Assembly: GCA_012514505.1 (NCBI GenBank)
Contig: JAAZAD010000185.1
Span: 1,367-65,366, forward strand
Length of the DNA: 64,000 bases
From: Rhodococcus sp. (in: high G+C Gram-positive bacteria)
GTDB lineage: Bacteria > Actinomycetota > Actinomycetes > Mycobacteriales > Mycobacteriaceae
Direction: 5' to 3'
This document shows positions 11,086-23,441 of the stretch, piece after piece (the first letter of the stretch is position 1; each line of letters begins with the position of its first letter). Under the pieces are notes generated by a model. It was not told the DNA's origin. It did not search any database and was given only the letters and a program-made list of their open reading frames with translations. The position numbers and the translations under genes were made by a program.

Positions 11086-12346
11086 CGTGAACCTCCTTCG
11101 AGGAGACGCGCTGACCAGGAAGCGGCGGGACGGGGTATCCGCCCGCGAACGGGTCGAAAGGTGGGGGTTCGGACGGTGCCACAGCGGAGGGTCGATGCGT
11201 TTTCGCGGGCCTGACCAGGCTGCGCACTGCCACGACCACGATCATGCTGACGATCAGGCCGAGCACGACGAGAGTGAGCGTCTGGAACTCGAAGCCGTCG
11301 TTGCGCAGCTGACGCACACCGGCAACGACCATGACCCACACCAGGGCAACGGGAATGAGAACCTTCCAGCCGAGGTTCATGAACTGGTCGTAGCGCAGGC
11401 GCGGAAGCGTCGCGCGCAACCAGACGAAGAAGAACAGGAAGCCCCACACCTTCAACACGAACCAGAGCAAGCCCCACCACCCCGAATTCGCTCCGTCCCA
11501 CATGTTCAACGGCCACGGCGCGTGCCAGCCGCCCAGGAACATGGTCGCCGCGAGAGCCGAAACCGTCACCATGTTCACGTACTCGGCGAGCATGAACATC
11601 GCGAACCGCAACGAGGAGTATTCGGTGTGGAATCCGCCGACGAGTTCCCCCTCTGCCTCGGGTAGGTCGAACGGTGCGCGGTTGGTCTCGCCCACCATGG
11701 ACGTCACGTAGATAACGAACGAGGGCAGCAGGATGAACAGGTACCAGATTCCGTACTGTGCGTCGACAATTCCCGACGTGGCCATGGTGCCTGCACAAAG
11801 GAATACAGCGGCAAATGTCAGGCCCATCGCGATCTCGTAGGAGATGACCTGTGCGGTGGAACGCAGGCCGCCGAGAAGGGGATACGTGGAACCCGACGAC
11901 CAACCGGCCAGGACGATTCCGTACACACCCACCGAGGTGACGGCAAGAATGTAGAGGACGGCCACCGGAAGATCGGTGAGCTGCAAGGGGGTCTGTGTGC
12001 CGAAGATCGACACTTGCGGGCCGAACGGAATGACGGCGAAGGCCATGATCGCGGGCACCACCGCGATGACCGGCGCGAGCAGATAGATCGGTTTGTCGAT
12101 ACCGGCCGGCGTGATGCCTTCCTTCAGCGCCAACTTGATTCCGTCGGCAAGGCTTTGAAGTATTCCGGCCGGTCCCAACCGGTTCGGTCCGACACGCATC
12201 TGCATCCATGCGAGCACTTTGCGTTCGGCATAGATCGCCACCAGCACGGTGAGTACCAGGAACGCAAAGATTCCAACGGCCTTCAGAACCATCAACCACC
12301 ACGGATCCTGCCCGAAGGCGCTGAGATCGTAGGCTGCCGCGATCAT
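11078..12346 (-). CDS. nuoH: NADH-quinone oxidoreductase subunit H
   Basis: [39 protein letters not shown]. Confidence 0.97.
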   Translation of the reverse strand: MIAAAYDLSAFGQDPWWLMVLKAVGIFAFLVLTVLVAIYAERKVLAWMQMRVGPNRLGPAGILQSLADGIKLALKEGITPAGIDKPIYLLAPVIAVVPAIMAFAVIPFGPQVSIFGTQTPLQLTDLPVAVLYILAVTSVGVYGIVLAGWSSGSTYPLLGGLRSTAQVISYEIAMGLTFAAVFLCAGTMATSGIVDAQYGIWYLFILLPSFVIYVTSMVGETNRAPFDLPEAEGELVGGFHTEYSSLRFAMFMLAEYVNMVTVSALAATMFLGGWHAPWPLNMWDGANSGWWGLLWFVLKVWGFLFFFVWLRATLPRLRYDQFMNLGWKVLIPVALVWVMVVAGVRQLRNDGFEFQTLTLVVLGLIVSMIVVVAVRSLVRPAKTHRPSAVAPSEPPPFDPFAGGYPVPPLPGQRVSSKEVHDA

Positions 12347-14739
12347 GACACCGCCCCCAACGATCCCCGCCGGATACCGACCACGGAGCCCGGCGCGGCA
12401 GCGAGCGAGTCGAACACGGTGCTACCGGGCGAGTTCGAGGGGAACCACACCACGCCGTCCGGCATCTCCGTCACTTCGAGGGGAAGGGTGATCGCGCCAT
12501 ATTCGGTCTCGACGGTCAGAGGTTCACCCTGGGTCGTGCTCACCTGCTCCGCTGTCGCCGCGGACAAGCGCGCCACCGGGCGTGGAGCCGTACCGGCGAG
12601 ATTGCGCTCGCCGGCCTGCAGACTTCCGTTGTCGAGAAGCATCCGCCAGGTCGCCAGCACCGCTTGCCCGGCTTCGGGTTTCGCCGTCGGCGGGTGCTCG
12701 CGCGCTTCCACACGTGCGCGGTCGCCTCCGTACGCACTGGTCAGATAGTCCGCAGCCTCGTCGCCGAGGTTCAAGTCGACGCCCATCCGCCCGGCCAGAA
12801 CGCTCAGCACCCGCTGGTCGGGCATGGCTCCGGTATCCCGCAGCGCGGTCTCGAACTGACGCGGGCGCCCCTCCCAGTCCAGGAAGGTGCCTGGCTTTTC
12901 GGCCACGGGCGCGATGGGGAACACGACGTCGGCGCGTTCGGTGACCGCAGAAGCTCGTAATTCCACGCTCACGACGAACCCAGCCGCGTCGATGGCCGCT
13001 CGTGCGGCTGCGGGATCGAGCAGATCTGCCGGGTCCACGCCCCCGATCAGCAGGGCGTCGAGGTCTCCGGTGCGCGCGGCTTCGAGTATGGCTGCGGTGT
13101 CGCGTCCTGGACTTGCCGGAACTTCCACGCCCCAGTGGTTTTCGATTTCGCGCCTGGCTTCGGTGTCGGCGAGCGGACGTCCTCCGGGCAGCAGGTTCGG
13201 AAGGGCGCCCATGTCCAGGGCTCCTCGCTCACCGGCTCTGCGCGGAACCCACGCAAGAGCTGCGCCGGTCTCCTCGGCCAGGCGGGCTGCCGCCGCCAGT
13301 GCTCCTGCTGCAGTGGCGAGGCGTTCGCCGACCATGATGACCGCTCCGGGCGCCCGCAACCGCTCGTCACCGGCGAGAGCGTCCAAGACACGTACCTCGG
13401 CACCGGGAACCGTCTGAAGCAGTGTGCCGGCCATCTTCTGCAGACCCCGGGTGGCGAAGGGGGCGATCGACAACACCCGCAGCCCCTTCTTCCGCGCCGC
13501 CTTACGCAGCCGAAGGAAGACGATCGGGGATTCCTCCTCCGGCTCGAATCCGGCGAGCAGCACCGTGGGCGCCTGCTCGAGATCCGCGTAGGTCACGGTC
13601 ATCGGGCGTCCCGCTACATGGGCGGCCAGGAAGTCCGCTTCCTCCGCGGAATGCGGCCGAGCCCTGAAGTCGATGTCGTTGGTCCCCAGCACGACCCGAG
13701 CGAACTTCGCATACGCATACGCGTCTTCGACCGTCGACCGTCCCCCGACCAGCACACCTGCACGCTTGCCACGCAACCCGTCGGCGGCAACCGACAGCGC
13801 TTCGGACCAGGACGCCGGAACGAGAGCACCGTCCGCCCCGCGCACCAGTGGGGTCCGGATACGATCCGGTTCGGTGGCGTAGCCGAACGCCCATCTACCC
13901 TTGTCGCAGTTCCACTCTTCGTTGACCTGCGGATCTTCCCCGGCCAGTCGTCGGAGCACCTTTCCGCGGCGATGATCGGTTCGCTGGGCGCATCCGCTCG
14001 CACAGTGCTCGCAGACGCTCGGACTCGACACCAGGTCGAAGGGGCGGGCACGGAACCGGTACTTCACATCGGTCAGCGCACCCACCGGACACGCCTGAAT
14101 CGTGTTGCCGGAGAAGTACGAGTCGAGTTCGTCCCCGTACACGCCCACCTGTTGCAGCGCCCCGCGGTCGAGCATCTCGATGAAGGGGTCGCCGGCGATC
14201 TGCTCCGAGAACCGCGTGCAGCGAGCACACAACACGCACCGCTCACGGTCCAGCAATACCTCGGACGACAGCGGAATCGGCTTCGGGAAGGTCCGCTTCA
14301 CGTCCTCGAAACGGGAGTCTGCCTGGCCGTTGGACATCGCCTGGTTCTGCAGCGGGCACTCGCCGCCCTTGTCGCACACCGGGCAGTCGAGCGGATGATT
14401 GATGAGCAGCAGCTCCATCACTCCACGCTGAGCCTTCTCCGCTACCGGTGAGCTGTGCTGGGTGTTGACCACCATGCCCTCCGTGGCGACGGTGGTGCAC
14501 GACGCGAGGGGTTTGCGCTGGCCCTCCACCTCGACGAGACACTGACGGCAGGCGCCCACGGGATCTAGCAAAGGGTGGTCGCAGAATCGGGGAATCTGCA
14601 CACCGATGATCTCGGCTGCACGAATCACCAGCGTGCCGGGCGGAACGTGCACGTCCACACCGTCGATGGTGATCGTCACCAGCTTCTGCGCGGCGGGATT
14701 CCCGTTGGTTCCCGCGGTCTTCTCGTTGGAGGTGGTCAT
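12343..14739 (-). CDS. nuoG: NADH-quinone oxidoreductase subunit G
   Basis: [34 protein letters not shown]; ATG 14739 overlapping the nuoF stop. Confidence 0.97.
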   Translation of the reverse strand: MTTSNEKTAGTNGNPAAQKLVTITIDGVDVHVPPGTLVIRAAEIIGVQIPRFCDHPLLDPVGACRQCLVEVEGQRKPLASCTTVATEGMVVNTQHSSPVAEKAQRGVMELLLINHPLDCPVCDKGGECPLQNQAMSNGQADSRFEDVKRTFPKPIPLSSEVLLDRERCVLCARCTRFSEQIAGDPFIEMLDRGALQQVGVYGDELDSYFSGNTIQACPVGALTDVKYRFRARPFDLVSSPSVCEHCASGCAQRTDHRRGKVLRRLAGEDPQVNEEWNCDKGRWAFGYATEPDRIRTPLVRGADGALVPASWSEALSVAADGLRGKRAGVLVGGRSTVEDAYAYAKFARVVLGTNDIDFRARPHSAEEADFLAAHVAGRPMTVTYADLEQAPTVLLAGFEPEEESPIVFLRLRKAARKKGLRVLSIAPFATRGLQKMAGTLLQTVPGAEVRVLDALAGDERLRAPGAVIMVGERLATAAGALAAAARLAEETGAALAWVPRRAGERGALDMGALPNLLPGGRPLADTEARREIENHWGVEVPASPGRDTAAILEAARTGDLDALLIGGVDPADLLDPAAARAAIDAAGFVVSVELRASAVTERADVVFPIAPVAEKPGTFLDWEGRPRQFETALRDTGAMPDQRVLSVLAGRMGVDLNLGDEAADYLTSAYGGDRARVEAREHPPTAKPEAGQAVLATWRMLLDNGSLQAGERNLAGTAPRPVARLSAATAEQVSTTQGEPLTVETEYGAITLPLEVTEMPDGVVWFPSNSPGSTVFDSLAAAPGSVVGIRRGSLGAVS

Positions 14740-16034
14740 GCCTGTGCCCCCGCCATGAATGTGGACAGATACGGGTCGAAGGGACACCCGCCGATGCGGA
14801 AATGCTCCAGATACTCGTCCCGAAACTGCTGAATGGACGACACGATCGGGCTCACGGCGCCGTCGCCCAGGGCACAGAAGGCACGTCCGAGAATGTTGTC
14901 CGAGATATCCAGGAGCTTCTCCAGATCCTCTTCCGTGCCGTCGCCCTGCTCGAGGCGCCGCAGAATCTGCACCAGCCAGAAGGTGCCCTCACGACAGGGT
15001 GTGCATTTGCCGCACGACTCGTGCGCGTAGAACTCGCTCCACCGCAACACCGCCCGCACCACGCAGGTGGTGTCGTCGAAGATCTGCAACGCTTTGGTGC
15101 CGAGCATCGACCCGGCCGCGCTCACTCCCTCGTAATCGAGGGGAACATCGAGGTGTTCGCCGGTGAGGATCGGGGTGGAGGAACCACCGGGAGTCCAGAA
15201 CTTCAGCTCGTGGCCGGGGCGCACTCCGCCCGCGTAGACGAGCAACTCCCGCAGCGTGATCCCCAACGGCGCCTCGTACTGTCCTGGCTTCTGGACGTGA
15301 CCGGAGAGCGAATAAAGAGTGAATCCCGGCGACTTCTCGGTTCCCATGGACCGAAACCAGTCGATGCCGTTCCGCAGGATCGACGGCACGCTCGCGATCG
15401 ATTCCACATTGTTGACGACGGTCGGACTCGCGTACAGACCTTCCACCGCCGGGAAGGGCGGCCGCAGCCGAGGTTGCCCACGGCGTCCCTCCAACGAATC
15501 GAGTAGTGCCGTCTCTTCGCCGCAGATGTAGGCGCCCGCACCCGCATGCACCACCAACTCGAGATCGAATCCACTACCGCGAATGTTCTTCCCCAGATAC
15601 CCGGCTTCACGAGCTTCGGCCGCGGCAGCCTGCAACCGGCGCAGAACCGGAACCACCTCACCCCGCACGTAGATGAATGCCTGCTTCGCTCGAATGGCAT
15701 ACGCGGCGATGATGATTCCCTCGACGAGCGCGTGCGGTGTCGCCATCATCAGCGGGATGTCCTTGCACGTTCCGGGCTCGGATTCGTCCGCGTTGACCAC
15801 GAGATAGTGCGGCTTGTCGTCTCCCTGGGGGATGAACGACCACTTGAGTCCGGTCGGGAACCCGGCACCGCCACGTCCACGCAATCCGGCGTCCTTGACG
15901 GTCTGGATCACCGCATCCGGATCCATTGCGAACGCCGCAGACATGCCTTCGTAGCCGCCGTGGCGCAGATACGTTTCGAGAGTCCACGACTTCGGTTCGT
16001 CCCAGTAGCGGCTCAGCACAGGGGTCAGGCTCAT
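14736..16034 (-). CDS. nuoF: NADH-quinone oxidoreductase subunit F
   Basis: [44 protein letters not shown]. Confidence 0.98.
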   Translation of the reverse strand: MSLTPVLSRYWDEPKSWTLETYLRHGGYEGMSAAFAMDPDAVIQTVKDAGLRGRGGAGFPTGLKWSFIPQGDDKPHYLVVNADESEPGTCKDIPLMMATPHALVEGIIIAAYAIRAKQAFIYVRGEVVPVLRRLQAAAAEAREAGYLGKNIRGSGFDLELVVHAGAGAYICGEETALLDSLEGRRGQPRLRPPFPAVEGLYASPTVVNNVESIASVPSILRNGIDWFRSMGTEKSPGFTLYSLSGHVQKPGQYEAPLGITLRELLVYAGGVRPGHELKFWTPGGSSTPILTGEHLDVPLDYEGVSAAGSMLGTKALQIFDDTTCVVRAVLRWSEFYAHESCGKCTPCREGTFWLVQILRRLEQGDGTEEDLEKLLDISDNILGRAFCALGDGAVSPIVSSIQQFRDEYLEHFRIGGCPFDPYLSTFMAGAQA

Positions 16035-16789
16035 GTCGGCCTCCCATCGGAGCGCGGAATCCGCGGCGCCGTCATCCCGTGCTCACGTGCCACCCGCAGT
16101 CCGGCAAGGGTTTCGGGCCGCACCTGGGTGTCGGATGCCCCCGGACGAGTATCCGGGAATCCGGCGAGCAACCGAGCGGTTTCCTTGAAGGTGCACAGCG
16201 TCGCACCGCGGGTCGGGGAAACGGGAGAACCGCTGCGGAGTCCGTCGACGAGGGTGCGCGCGGTGTCCGGCGTCTGGTTGTCGAAGAACTCCCAGTTGAC
16301 CATCACCACCGGCGCGAAATCACACGCAGCGTTGCATTCGATGTGCTCGACCGTGATCTTTCCGTCAGCAGTTGTCTCGCCGTTTCCGACGCCGAGGTAC
16401 TCCTCGAGTTCCGCCAGGATCGCGTCGCCGCCCATGATCGCGCACAGCGTGTTGGTGCACACGCCTACGAGGTACTCGCCGGTGGGGCTGCGCCGGTACA
16501 TGGAGTAGAAGGTCGCCACCGCGGCCACCTCGGCAGCGGTGAGACCCAACTGCTCGGCGCAGAACGCCACGCCCGCCGGGGTGATGTACCCGTCTTCCGA
16601 CTGGACGAGGTGCAGCAGCGGCAGGAGAGCCGAGCGCGAGTTCGGGTACCGCGCCACGATGGCGTCGGCATCCTCACTCAGACGTGCCCGCACATCCGGC
16701 GGGAATTCCCGCGGCGCGTCGGGAAGGGTCGGCAGGGGCAATTCCTGCGACTTCGGTCCGAACTCGATGAACACCGGCTCGCTGGTCAT
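16031..16789 (-). CDS. nuoE: NADH-quinone oxidoreductase subunit E
   Basis: VATFYSM, CTNTLC and ECNAAC 2Fe-2S ligands. Confidence 0.97.
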   Translation of the reverse strand: MTSEPVFIEFGPKSQELPLPTLPDAPREFPPDVRARLSEDADAIVARYPNSRSALLPLLHLVQSEDGYITPAGVAFCAEQLGLTAAEVAAVATFYSMYRRSPTGEYLVGVCTNTLCAIMGGDAILAELEEYLGVGNGETTADGKITVEHIECNAACDFAPVVMVNWEFFDNQTPDTARTLVDGLRSGSPVSPTRGATLCTFKETARLLAGFPDTRPGASDTQVRPETLAGLRVAREHGMTAPRIPRSDGRPT

Positions 16790-18066
16790 CTGTCCACCCC
16801 TCCCATCACCGGGTCGATGCTCGCCACAGCCGCAATGACGTCTGCCACCAGTCCGCCCTCACACATCGCGGCCACCGATTGCAGGTTGGTGAACGAAGGG
16901 TCGCGGTAGTGCACCCGATACGGCCGGGTGCCCCCGTCCGAAACCATGTGCACGCCGAGTTCGCCGCGTGGAGACTCGACCCCCGTGTACACCTGACCGG
17001 CGGGTACTCGGATTCCTTCGGTCACCAGCTTGAAGTGGTGGATCAACGATTCCATCGACGTGTTCATGATCTGATCGACGTGTTCGGGTGACGTTCCCAG
17101 CCCATCGGAGCCGAGGCTGAGCTCGGCCGGCCAGCCGATCTTCTTGTCCTCGATCATCACCGGTCCGGGCCGAAGCTTGTCCAGGCATTGCTCGACGATC
17201 TTCAGCGATTCCTTCATCTCGTCCACCCGAATCAGATAGCGGCCGTATGCGTCGCAGGTCGTTTCGGTGGGCACGTCGAACTCGTAGTTCTCGTAGCCGC
17301 AGTAGGGGTCGGTCTTGCGGAGATCCTGCGGAAGACCGGTGGACCGGAGGATGGGCCCGGTCACGCCGAGCGCCATGCACCCGGTCAGATCGAGGTAGCC
17401 GATCCCCTGGGTTCGCGCCTTCCAGATGTAGTTGTCGTTGAGCAGATCCTCCATGTCCTGCAACCGCTTCGGCAGAATGTCGAGGAGCTCGCGAACCTTC
17501 CGGACTGCCTCCGGCGGAAGATCTTGCACCAAACCGCCCGGACGTATGTAGGCGTGATTCATCCGCAGGCCGGTGATCACTTCGAAGACGTCCAGCACCA
17601 GTTCGCGTTCACGGAATCCGAACAGCATGGCGGTGACCGCACCGAGTTCCATGCCGCCCGTGGCCAGTGCCACGAGGTGAGAGGAAATGCGGTTGAGCTC
17701 CATCAACATCACCCGAACGATGTTGGCGCGCTCAGGAATCTCGTCGGTGATGTCGAGCAGTTTCTCGACCCCGAGGCAGTAGGCGGCCTCGTTGAAGAAC
17801 GGCGACAAGTAGTCCATTCGCGTTACGAACGTGACGCCCTGCGTCCAGTTCCGATACTCGAGATTCTTCTCGATCCCGGTGTGGAGATAGCCGATCCCAC
17901 ATCGTGCCTCGGTAACCGTCTCGCCCTCGATCTCGAGAATCAGCCGCAGCACTCCGTGGGTGGATGGATGTTGCGGCCCCATGTTGACGACGATGCGTTC
18001 GTCGCCGGCGTTCTTGGCGGCCTCGACGATCTCGTCCCAGTCCTGTCCGGACACGGTGCGCATCAT
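16786..18066 (-). CDS. nuoD: NADH-quinone oxidoreductase subunit D
   Basis: [31 protein letters not shown]-terminal GGVDR. Confidence 0.98.
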   Translation of the reverse strand: MMRTVSGQDWDEIVEAAKNAGDERIVVNMGPQHPSTHGVLRLILEIEGETVTEARCGIGYLHTGIEKNLEYRNWTQGVTFVTRMDYLSPFFNEAAYCLGVEKLLDITDEIPERANIVRVMLMELNRISSHLVALATGGMELGAVTAMLFGFRERELVLDVFEVITGLRMNHAYIRPGGLVQDLPPEAVRKVRELLDILPKRLQDMEDLLNDNYIWKARTQGIGYLDLTGCMALGVTGPILRSTGLPQDLRKTDPYCGYENYEFDVPTETTCDAYGRYLIRVDEMKESLKIVEQCLDKLRPGPVMIEDKKIGWPAELSLGSDGLGTSPEHVDQIMNTSMESLIHHFKLVTEGIRVPAGQVYTGVESPRGELGVHMVSDGGTRPYRVHYRDPSFTNLQSVAAMCEGGLVADVIAAVASIDPVMGGVDR

Positions 18067-18752
18067 CAGTAGTACCCCCGTCGCTCGTCGGGTGGCGGTA
18101 TCTGGGCGCCCTTGTACTCCACCGGGATTCCACCGAGCGGGTAGTCCTTGCGTTGCGGGTGCCCTTCCCAGTCGTCCGGCATCTGAATGCGTGTCAGGGC
18201 AGGGTGCCCGTCGAAGATGATGCCGAAAAAGTCGTAGGCCTCGCGCTCGTGCCAGTCGTTGGTCGGGTAGATACGGCACAACGATGGAATGTGCCGATCG
18301 GCATCGGGTGCCGCGACTTCCAGGCGAACACGACGGTTGTGCGTGAGCGAGGCCAACGGGTAAACGGCGTGTAGCTCCCGCCCCACGTCGCCGGGGAAAT
18401 GCACACCGCTCACCCCGAGGCACAGTTCGAACCGCAACCGGGGGTCGTTGCGCAGAGTTGCTGCTACCAAGAGGAGGTGTTCGCGGCGGACATCGAAGGT
18501 CAGTTCGCCGCGGAAGACGACGACTCGTTCGATCGCATCCTCGTACCGCACGGCATCCGCGCCATCGGTAGCGTTCAGTGCGTCCTCGAGTGCGTCGGAC
18601 ACGTCGTCGAAGTACCCACCGTAGGGTCGCGGCGAGCTGCCGGGCAGCACGACTCGACGGGTGAATCCGCCGTAGCCGGACGTGTCACCGGTGCCGTGGA
18701 CTCCGAACAGCCCCTTACGAATACCGATGGATTCGCGACGTCGGTCGGTCAT
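18066..18752 (-). CDS. nuoC: NADH-quinone oxidoreductase subunit C
   Basis: [30 protein letters not shown]. Confidence 0.97.
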   Translation of the reverse strand: MTDRRRESIGIRKGLFGVHGTGDTSGYGGFTRRVVLPGSSPRPYGGYFDDVSDALEDALNATDGADAVRYEDAIERVVVFRGELTFDVRREHLLLVAATLRNDPRLRFELCLGVSGVHFPGDVGRELHAVYPLASLTHNRRVRLEVAAPDADRHIPSLCRIYPTNDWHEREAYDFFGIIFDGHPALTRIQMPDDWEGHPQRKDYPLGGIPVEYKGAQIPPPDERRGYY

Positions 18753-19303
18753 CGCAGCAGCCCCCTCGATTCCATCAGAGTCGGCGACGACAACGCTGCC
18801 TGCTCCGCAGCGGCTACAGCGTCCTCACGATTGGCGCCGAGCGGCATCTTCGCGATCTTCTCGTGCAACGCGATGATCGCGTTGAGCAGCATCTCCGGGC
18901 GCGGTGGACAGCCGGGAAGGTAGATGTCGACGGGCACCACATGGTCGACGCCCTGCACGATGGCGTAGTTGTTGAACATGCCTCCGGACGAGGCACACAC
19001 ACCCATCGCCAGTACCCATTTGGGTTCGGCCATCTGGTCGTAGATCTGCCGCAATACGGGGGCCATCTTCTGACTGACACGGCCCGCGACGATCATGAGG
19101 TCGGCCTGGCGCGGTGATCCACGAAACGGCTCCATCCCGAAACGGGCGATGTCGTAACGTCCGGAGGCGGTGGACATCATCTCGATTGCGCAGCAGGCGA
19201 GTCCGAACGACGCCGGCCACAGCGAACCCTTGCGTGCGTAGCCTGCCACTTCCTCGACGGTGCTCAGCAGGAAACCACTCGGTAACTTTTCCTCGAGACC
19301 CAC
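18749..19303 (-). CDS. nuoB: NADH-quinone oxidoreductase subunit B
   Basis: [24 protein letters not shown]. Confidence 0.98.
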   Translation of the reverse strand: MGLEEKLPSGFLLSTVEEVAGYARKGSLWPASFGLACCAIEMMSTASGRYDIARFGMEPFRGSPRQADLMIVAGRVSQKMAPVLRQIYDQMAEPKWVLAMGVCASSGGMFNNYAIVQGVDHVVPVDIYLPGCPPRPEMLLNAIIALHEKIAKMPLGANREDAVAAAEQAALSSPTLMESRGLLR

Positions 19304-19342
19304 GCTGATTCATCTCCCTGTTCAGATCGATTGGCCGGAAAG

Positions 19343-19702
19343 CTAGTCCCAGGTCAGACCGCCCCGTCGCCATTCGTACGCATACGCCACCGAAACGTTG
19401 AAGACGAACAAAGCCATTGCCGCCAGACCGAACGTTCCGAGTGCGTCGAAGTGCACCGCCCACGGATAGAGGAAGACGATCTCGATGTCGAAGATGATGA
19501 AGAGCATCGCGGTGAGGTAGTACTTCACCGGGAATCGCTGCCCGACGCCTGGCTGCGACATCGGGTCGATGCCGCACTCGTATGCCTCGAGCTTTGCGCG
19601 GTTGTACCGACTGGGCCCCACCAGCGACGCCACAAGCACCGAAAACACGGCGAACACGACGGCGATCGCACCGAGAACGAGAATCGGCACGTAGACGTTC
19701 AT
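19343..19702 (-). CDS. nuoA: NADH-quinone oxidoreductase subunit A
   Basis: AYECG, FIIFDIE..FLYPWAV, YEWRRGGL.W. Confidence 0.97.
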   Translation of the reverse strand: MNVYVPILVLGAIAVVFAVFSVLVASLVGPSRYNRAKLEAYECGIDPMSQPGVGQRFPVKYYLTAMLFIIFDIEIVFLYPWAVHFDALGTFGLAAMALFVFNVSVAYAYEWRRGGLTWD

Positions 19703-19782
19703 GTTCACCGCCTCTGGTCTGTGAGCTGCAACACACACAGTACAACCGAAATCCCCACAGTGTGAGTTAGCCGCTCCGCGCC

Positions 19783-19826
19783 CTGTGAGCGGTCAAGGAG
19801 CCCCTGGACTCGTCAACCACTCACAG
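19783..19826. repeat. REP-like palindromic element, copy 1
   Basis: ctgtgagcggtcaaggag-cccctgga-ctcgtcaaccactcacag; homologous to 51835-51884 and 60685-60732. Confidence 0.85.
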
Positions 19827-20247
19827 AGGGGAGGAGGAGGTCGACGACGACCTGCGCAAGGTGAATCGGATCGACCGGACGTGAAAGGACCACGTCGGCC
19901 CGCGACCAGGACGCGAGCCACGCATCGTCCGCGCGTCCGGTGATCACCAATAACGGAGGACACGGTTCGATCTCGTCGCGCAGTTGCTTGGCGACACCCA
20001 TACCTCCGGCCGGAACGGCTTCGCCGTCGAGTATCGCGAGGTCGACGCCGCCGGCGTCCAGATGCCGATTCACCATCGGCGCGGTCGCCACCTCGAGGTA
20101 CTCCAGGTCGGGAATCCGGGAATCGAGCCGCGTGCCGAGACCAGAGACCAAGGACGATCGCACCGTCTTGTCGTCGCTGTAGACGAGAACCCGCAGTGCA
20201 GGTCGGGCCGCTGAGGGACTGGCCGCGCCGGCGCTCGAATCGCTCAC
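19813..20247 (-). CDS. Single-domain response regulator receiver (Rv3143-like)
   Basis: VLVYSDD, DLAILDGEA.P.GGMG, DAWLASWSRAD; lies upstream of nuoA as in mycobacteria. Confidence 0.85.
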   Translation of the reverse strand: MSDSSAGAASPSAARPALRVLVYSDDKTVRSSLVSGLGTRLDSRIPDLEYLEVATAPMVNRHLDAGGVDLAILDGEAVPAGGMGVAKQLRDEIEPCPPLLVITGRADDAWLASWSRADVVLSRPVDPIHLAQVVVDLLLPSVSG

Positions 20248-20292
20248 GTCGCCGATGCTACCGCCCGGATCAGCAGGGATTAACCTAACGAC

Positions 20293-21411
20293 ATGTTCTC
20301 CTCGATCGCCCATCCCACAGGACCCAGCTTCGTGTTGGCGCGTCCGGACCGGGTGATCGAATCCTTTGGAACTCGAAAATCTTTCACGAACCCCCACACT
20401 GCGGCAGACGCACTCCGCGCCGGTGAGGTGTCTGCCCTGGTCGGAGCGCTCGCCTTCGATCCAGTGCAGCCCTGCGCACTGGCCGAGCCACGCGAGTTGC
20501 GCCACCAGAACACCCGCTGGACGTATGCGCCCGCACCCGGCACGTCCAATACCCGGGGCCGCGTCGGTGCGGCAATCTTCGAGCCCGACGACGCTACGCA
20601 CGCCCTACGGGTTCGCGACCTTCTCGAGGTCATCGACCAGGGGCGCCTCGAGAAGATCGTATTGTCACGCAAAGCCCTTGTGACATCTATCGACCCGCTG
20701 AATCCACATGAAGTCCTCGGACGTCTCGTGGACGCCGATGCCAATGGAAACGGATATCTCGTCGACCTGGGCGGAGACGTTCTCGTCGGGTCCAGCCCCG
20801 AGGTCTTGATCCGGCGACAAGGCACAACCGTGAGCTGTCATCCGCTAGCCGGATCGGCACGGCGCAACTCCGATCCCGAGCGCGATGCCCGGATCGGCGC
20901 CAACCTCCTCGCCTCGACCAAGGACCGCCACGAGCATGCGTTCGTCGTCGAGGCGATTCGAAAGGCACTGGCACCGCTCTGCTCCGACCTCGATATTGCG
21001 GACGCCCCCACCCTGACCACGACTCCGCAACTGTGGCATCTGGGCACCCCGGTCACCGGAGTACTGAGCGATCCACGGGTCACCGCACTCGATCTGGCGC
21101 TCGCCATTCATCCCACCCCGGCCGTGAACGGGACACCCTTCACCGCGTCACTGGAGGAGCTACGCCGTATCGAACCGGATCGCGGCTTCTACGCCGGCGC
21201 CGTCGGCTGGTGCGACTCGAACGGTGACGGTGAGTGGATTGTCGCTATCCGGTGCGCACGGATCAGTGCAGATCGACTCTCTGCCACGGCATACGCCGGC
21301 GGTGGGATCGTGGCCGGGTCCGACCCGAAGCGCGAGGTGTCGGAAACCCTTACGAAGTTTCGCACCGTGCTCGCCGCTCTCGGGTCGGACTCTTCGAACC
21401 TCGAGTGGTGA
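20293..21411 (+). CDS. Isochorismate synthase
   Basis: LEKIVLSR, GSSPE, PLAGS, KDRHEH, LWHLGT, HPTPAV.G, RGFYAG.VGW, AGGGIV.GS. Confidence 0.92.
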   Translation: MFSSIAHPTGPSFVLARPDRVIESFGTRKSFTNPHTAADALRAGEVSALVGALAFDPVQPCALAEPRELRHQNTRWTYAPAPGTSNTRGRVGAAIFEPDDATHALRVRDLLEVIDQGRLEKIVLSRKALVTSIDPLNPHEVLGRLVDADANGNGYLVDLGGDVLVGSSPEVLIRRQGTTVSCHPLAGSARRNSDPERDARIGANLLASTKDRHEHAFVVEAIRKALAPLCSDLDIADAPTLTTTPQLWHLGTPVTGVLSDPRVTALDLALAIHPTPAVNGTPFTASLEELRRIEPDRGFYAGAVGWCDSNGDGEWIVAIRCARISADRLSATAYAGGGIVAGSDPKREVSETLTKFRTVLAALGSDSSNLEW

Positions 21412-21421
21412 CGATCGAGGA

Positions 21422-22063
21422 CTATCCGGAGATCACTCCGGCGATGGGGATGCGTCCCGCGACCGCGACTCGGAAATTTCTCATAGCTCGTTCGACGTGA
21501 TTGGTGCTCGAGACGACCACAGCACTTGTTGCACCACGCGATGCCAGAATTCGGTTGGTGTTGTACGCGTTCTCCAGGGTGGAGCTCGAGTGGCCTTCCT
21601 CGGTGATCCGGCCTGCCCATACTCCGTTGGCGACCAACCAGTCTCGCATCGCCCGGGCCTCGGTGATCCCGTTCTTCGGTACCCCACCGCTGGTGATGAT
21701 CGGAGTGAAGGGATAACGCTGCGCGAGCTTCAATGCGACGTGCAACCGCTCGATCAGCACCGGGGGCATCGAGCCGTCTTTGTGCAGGCCGGCACCCAGC
21801 ACGACGATGTTAGTACCGAGCGGGTTCACGTCGAGCATGATCGGTGCGCGGGGCGTCAATATCTCGGCAGCCGTACAGGCTGCGATGATTTCGTGAATGT
21901 TGGTCTGACAACCACCGACGGTGGAGAGAACACCGTTGATGACGGTGGTCGGCGTGATATCGGCCTGAGCAGCCGGAGGCAGCACCATCGACCCTGCGAT
22001 GGTGGCGGAGACTGCGGCCGCCACGCCCCAACCGGACAGATATTTCTTCTTCGATGCCACCAT
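21422..22063 (-). CDS. YdcF/DUF218 family protein with signal peptide
   Basis: IVVLGAG, ITSGG, TEA..M, S.STLENA, H..RA; N-terminal KKK + hydrophobic stretch + AQA. Confidence 0.85.
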   Translation of the reverse strand: MVASKKKYLSGWGVAAAVSATIAGSMVLPPAAQADITPTTVINGVLSTVGGCQTNIHEIIAACTAAEILTPRAPIMLDVNPLGTNIVVLGAGLHKDGSMPPVLIERLHVALKLAQRYPFTPIITSGGVPKNGITEARAMRDWLVANGVWAGRITEEGHSSSTLENAYNTNRILASRGATSAVVVSSTNHVERAMRNFRVAVAGRIPIAGVISG

Positions 22064-22200
22064 GCGAGTTCCCCTCCGGGTGTCGGTTACATCACAAACT
22101 AGACCACCAAATTCGTTCCGACATCACGATTCGTGTAAATTCACAGGTCTTCCATCGCGCGTTCATCACGACCGAGAAGACGCGGGTAACACCACGGCCA

Positions 22201-23394
22201 CTACCCCCGGAAAGCACTCTCCCCGGTGAACGCCTGTCCCAGGATCAGTTGGTGCATCTCGGGCGTGCCCTCGTACGTGAGGACCGATTCCAGGTTCACC
22301 ATGTGACGGATCACGGGGTACTCCAGCGAGATTCCGTTACCGCCCAGGATCGTGCGTGCGGTGCGGCAGATCTCGATCGCTTCACGGGTGTTGTTCAACT
22401 TCCCGAAGCTGACCTGTTCGGGGCGCAAGCCCACGGAATCCTTCAACCGGCCCAGCTGAACCGCAAGCAGCTGGCCTTTGTGCAGCTCGACCGCCATGTC
22501 GACGAGTTTCGCCTGTGTCAACTGGAATCCGGCGATCGGCTTTCCGAACTGTGTGCGACTCTTCGCATAGTCGAGGGCGGTCTGCCAGCTGGCGCGTGCG
22601 GCACCCATGGAACCCCACACGATCCCGTACCTCGCTTCGGACAGGCTACTGAGCGGAGCGCGAAGCCCCTTCGCCTCGGGCAGCACCGCAGACGCAGGCA
22701 ATCGCACGTCGTCGAGAACGAGTTCGCTGGTGACCGAAGCGCGCAAGGACAGCTTGTGCTTTAGGAGCGGCGCACTGAAACCAGGCGTGTCGGTGGGCAC
22801 CACGAACCCGCGCACTCCCTCGTCCGTCTTCGCCCACACGACGGCGACATCGGCGATGGACCCGTTGGTGATCCACATTTTGCGGCCGCTCAGCACCCAG
22901 TCGTCGCCGTCACGCTTTGCGTAGGTCTTCATCGTGGAGGGATCGGACCCTGCGTCGGGCTCGGTGAGTCCGAAGCAACCGATCACGTCACCCGCCGCCA
23001 TTCCGGGAAGCCACTGCTGCTTCTGCTCCTCGGAGCCGTTGTTCCATATCGAGAACATGGCCAAGGAGCCCTGGACCGACACCAGGGAGCGGAGCCCGGA
23101 GTCACAGGCTTCCAACTCGAGACACGCCAAGCCGTAATGGACTGCACTCGCGCCCGCGCACCCGTATCCCTCGAGATGCATACCCAGCAACCCGAGCTCG
23201 CCGAACTGTTTCGTGAGTTCGCGAGCGATGGGTAGCTCGCCGGCCTCGAACCAGTCCGCTATGTACGGGGAAACGTGCTCGGCGCAGAACCCGCGCACGC
23301 TGTCACGGACGGCGAGTTCGTCCGCGCTGTACAACGAATCGATGTTCAACGGGTCGAGCGCGTCGAAGGTCGGAGGGGAGTCGGTGTTGCTCAT
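22201..23394 (-). CDS. Acyl-CoA dehydrogenase (glutaryl-CoA dehydrogenase-like)
   Basis: DSGLRSLVSVQGSL, GCFGLTEPDAGSDP, GGNGI, TYEGT. Confidence 0.92.
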   Translation of the reverse strand: MSNTDSPPTFDALDPLNIDSLYSADELAVRDSVRGFCAEHVSPYIADWFEAGELPIARELTKQFGELGLLGMHLEGYGCAGASAVHYGLACLELEACDSGLRSLVSVQGSLAMFSIWNNGSEEQKQQWLPGMAAGDVIGCFGLTEPDAGSDPSTMKTYAKRDGDDWVLSGRKMWITNGSIADVAVVWAKTDEGVRGFVVPTDTPGFSAPLLKHKLSLRASVTSELVLDDVRLPASAVLPEAKGLRAPLSSLSEARYGIVWGSMGAARASWQTALDYAKSRTQFGKPIAGFQLTQAKLVDMAVELHKGQLLAVQLGRLKDSVGLRPEQVSFGKLNNTREAIEICRTARTILGGNGISLEYPVIRHMVNLESVLTYEGTPEMHQLILGQAFTGESAFRG

Positions 23395-23441
23395 AACCAA
23401 CCTTCGCTGATCTGTGGCCTGCCCGCTACCCCAGGACTTGC

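Noticed and set aside
4473-19702. nuo operon as a novelty
   Set aside because: Canonical 14-subunit actinobacterial complex I in standard order, apparently intact
20293-21411. Isochorismate synthase as part of a siderophore cluster or of the large operon
   Set aside because: Opposite strand, ~4 kb away, no entA/B/E-type genes; more likely housekeeping
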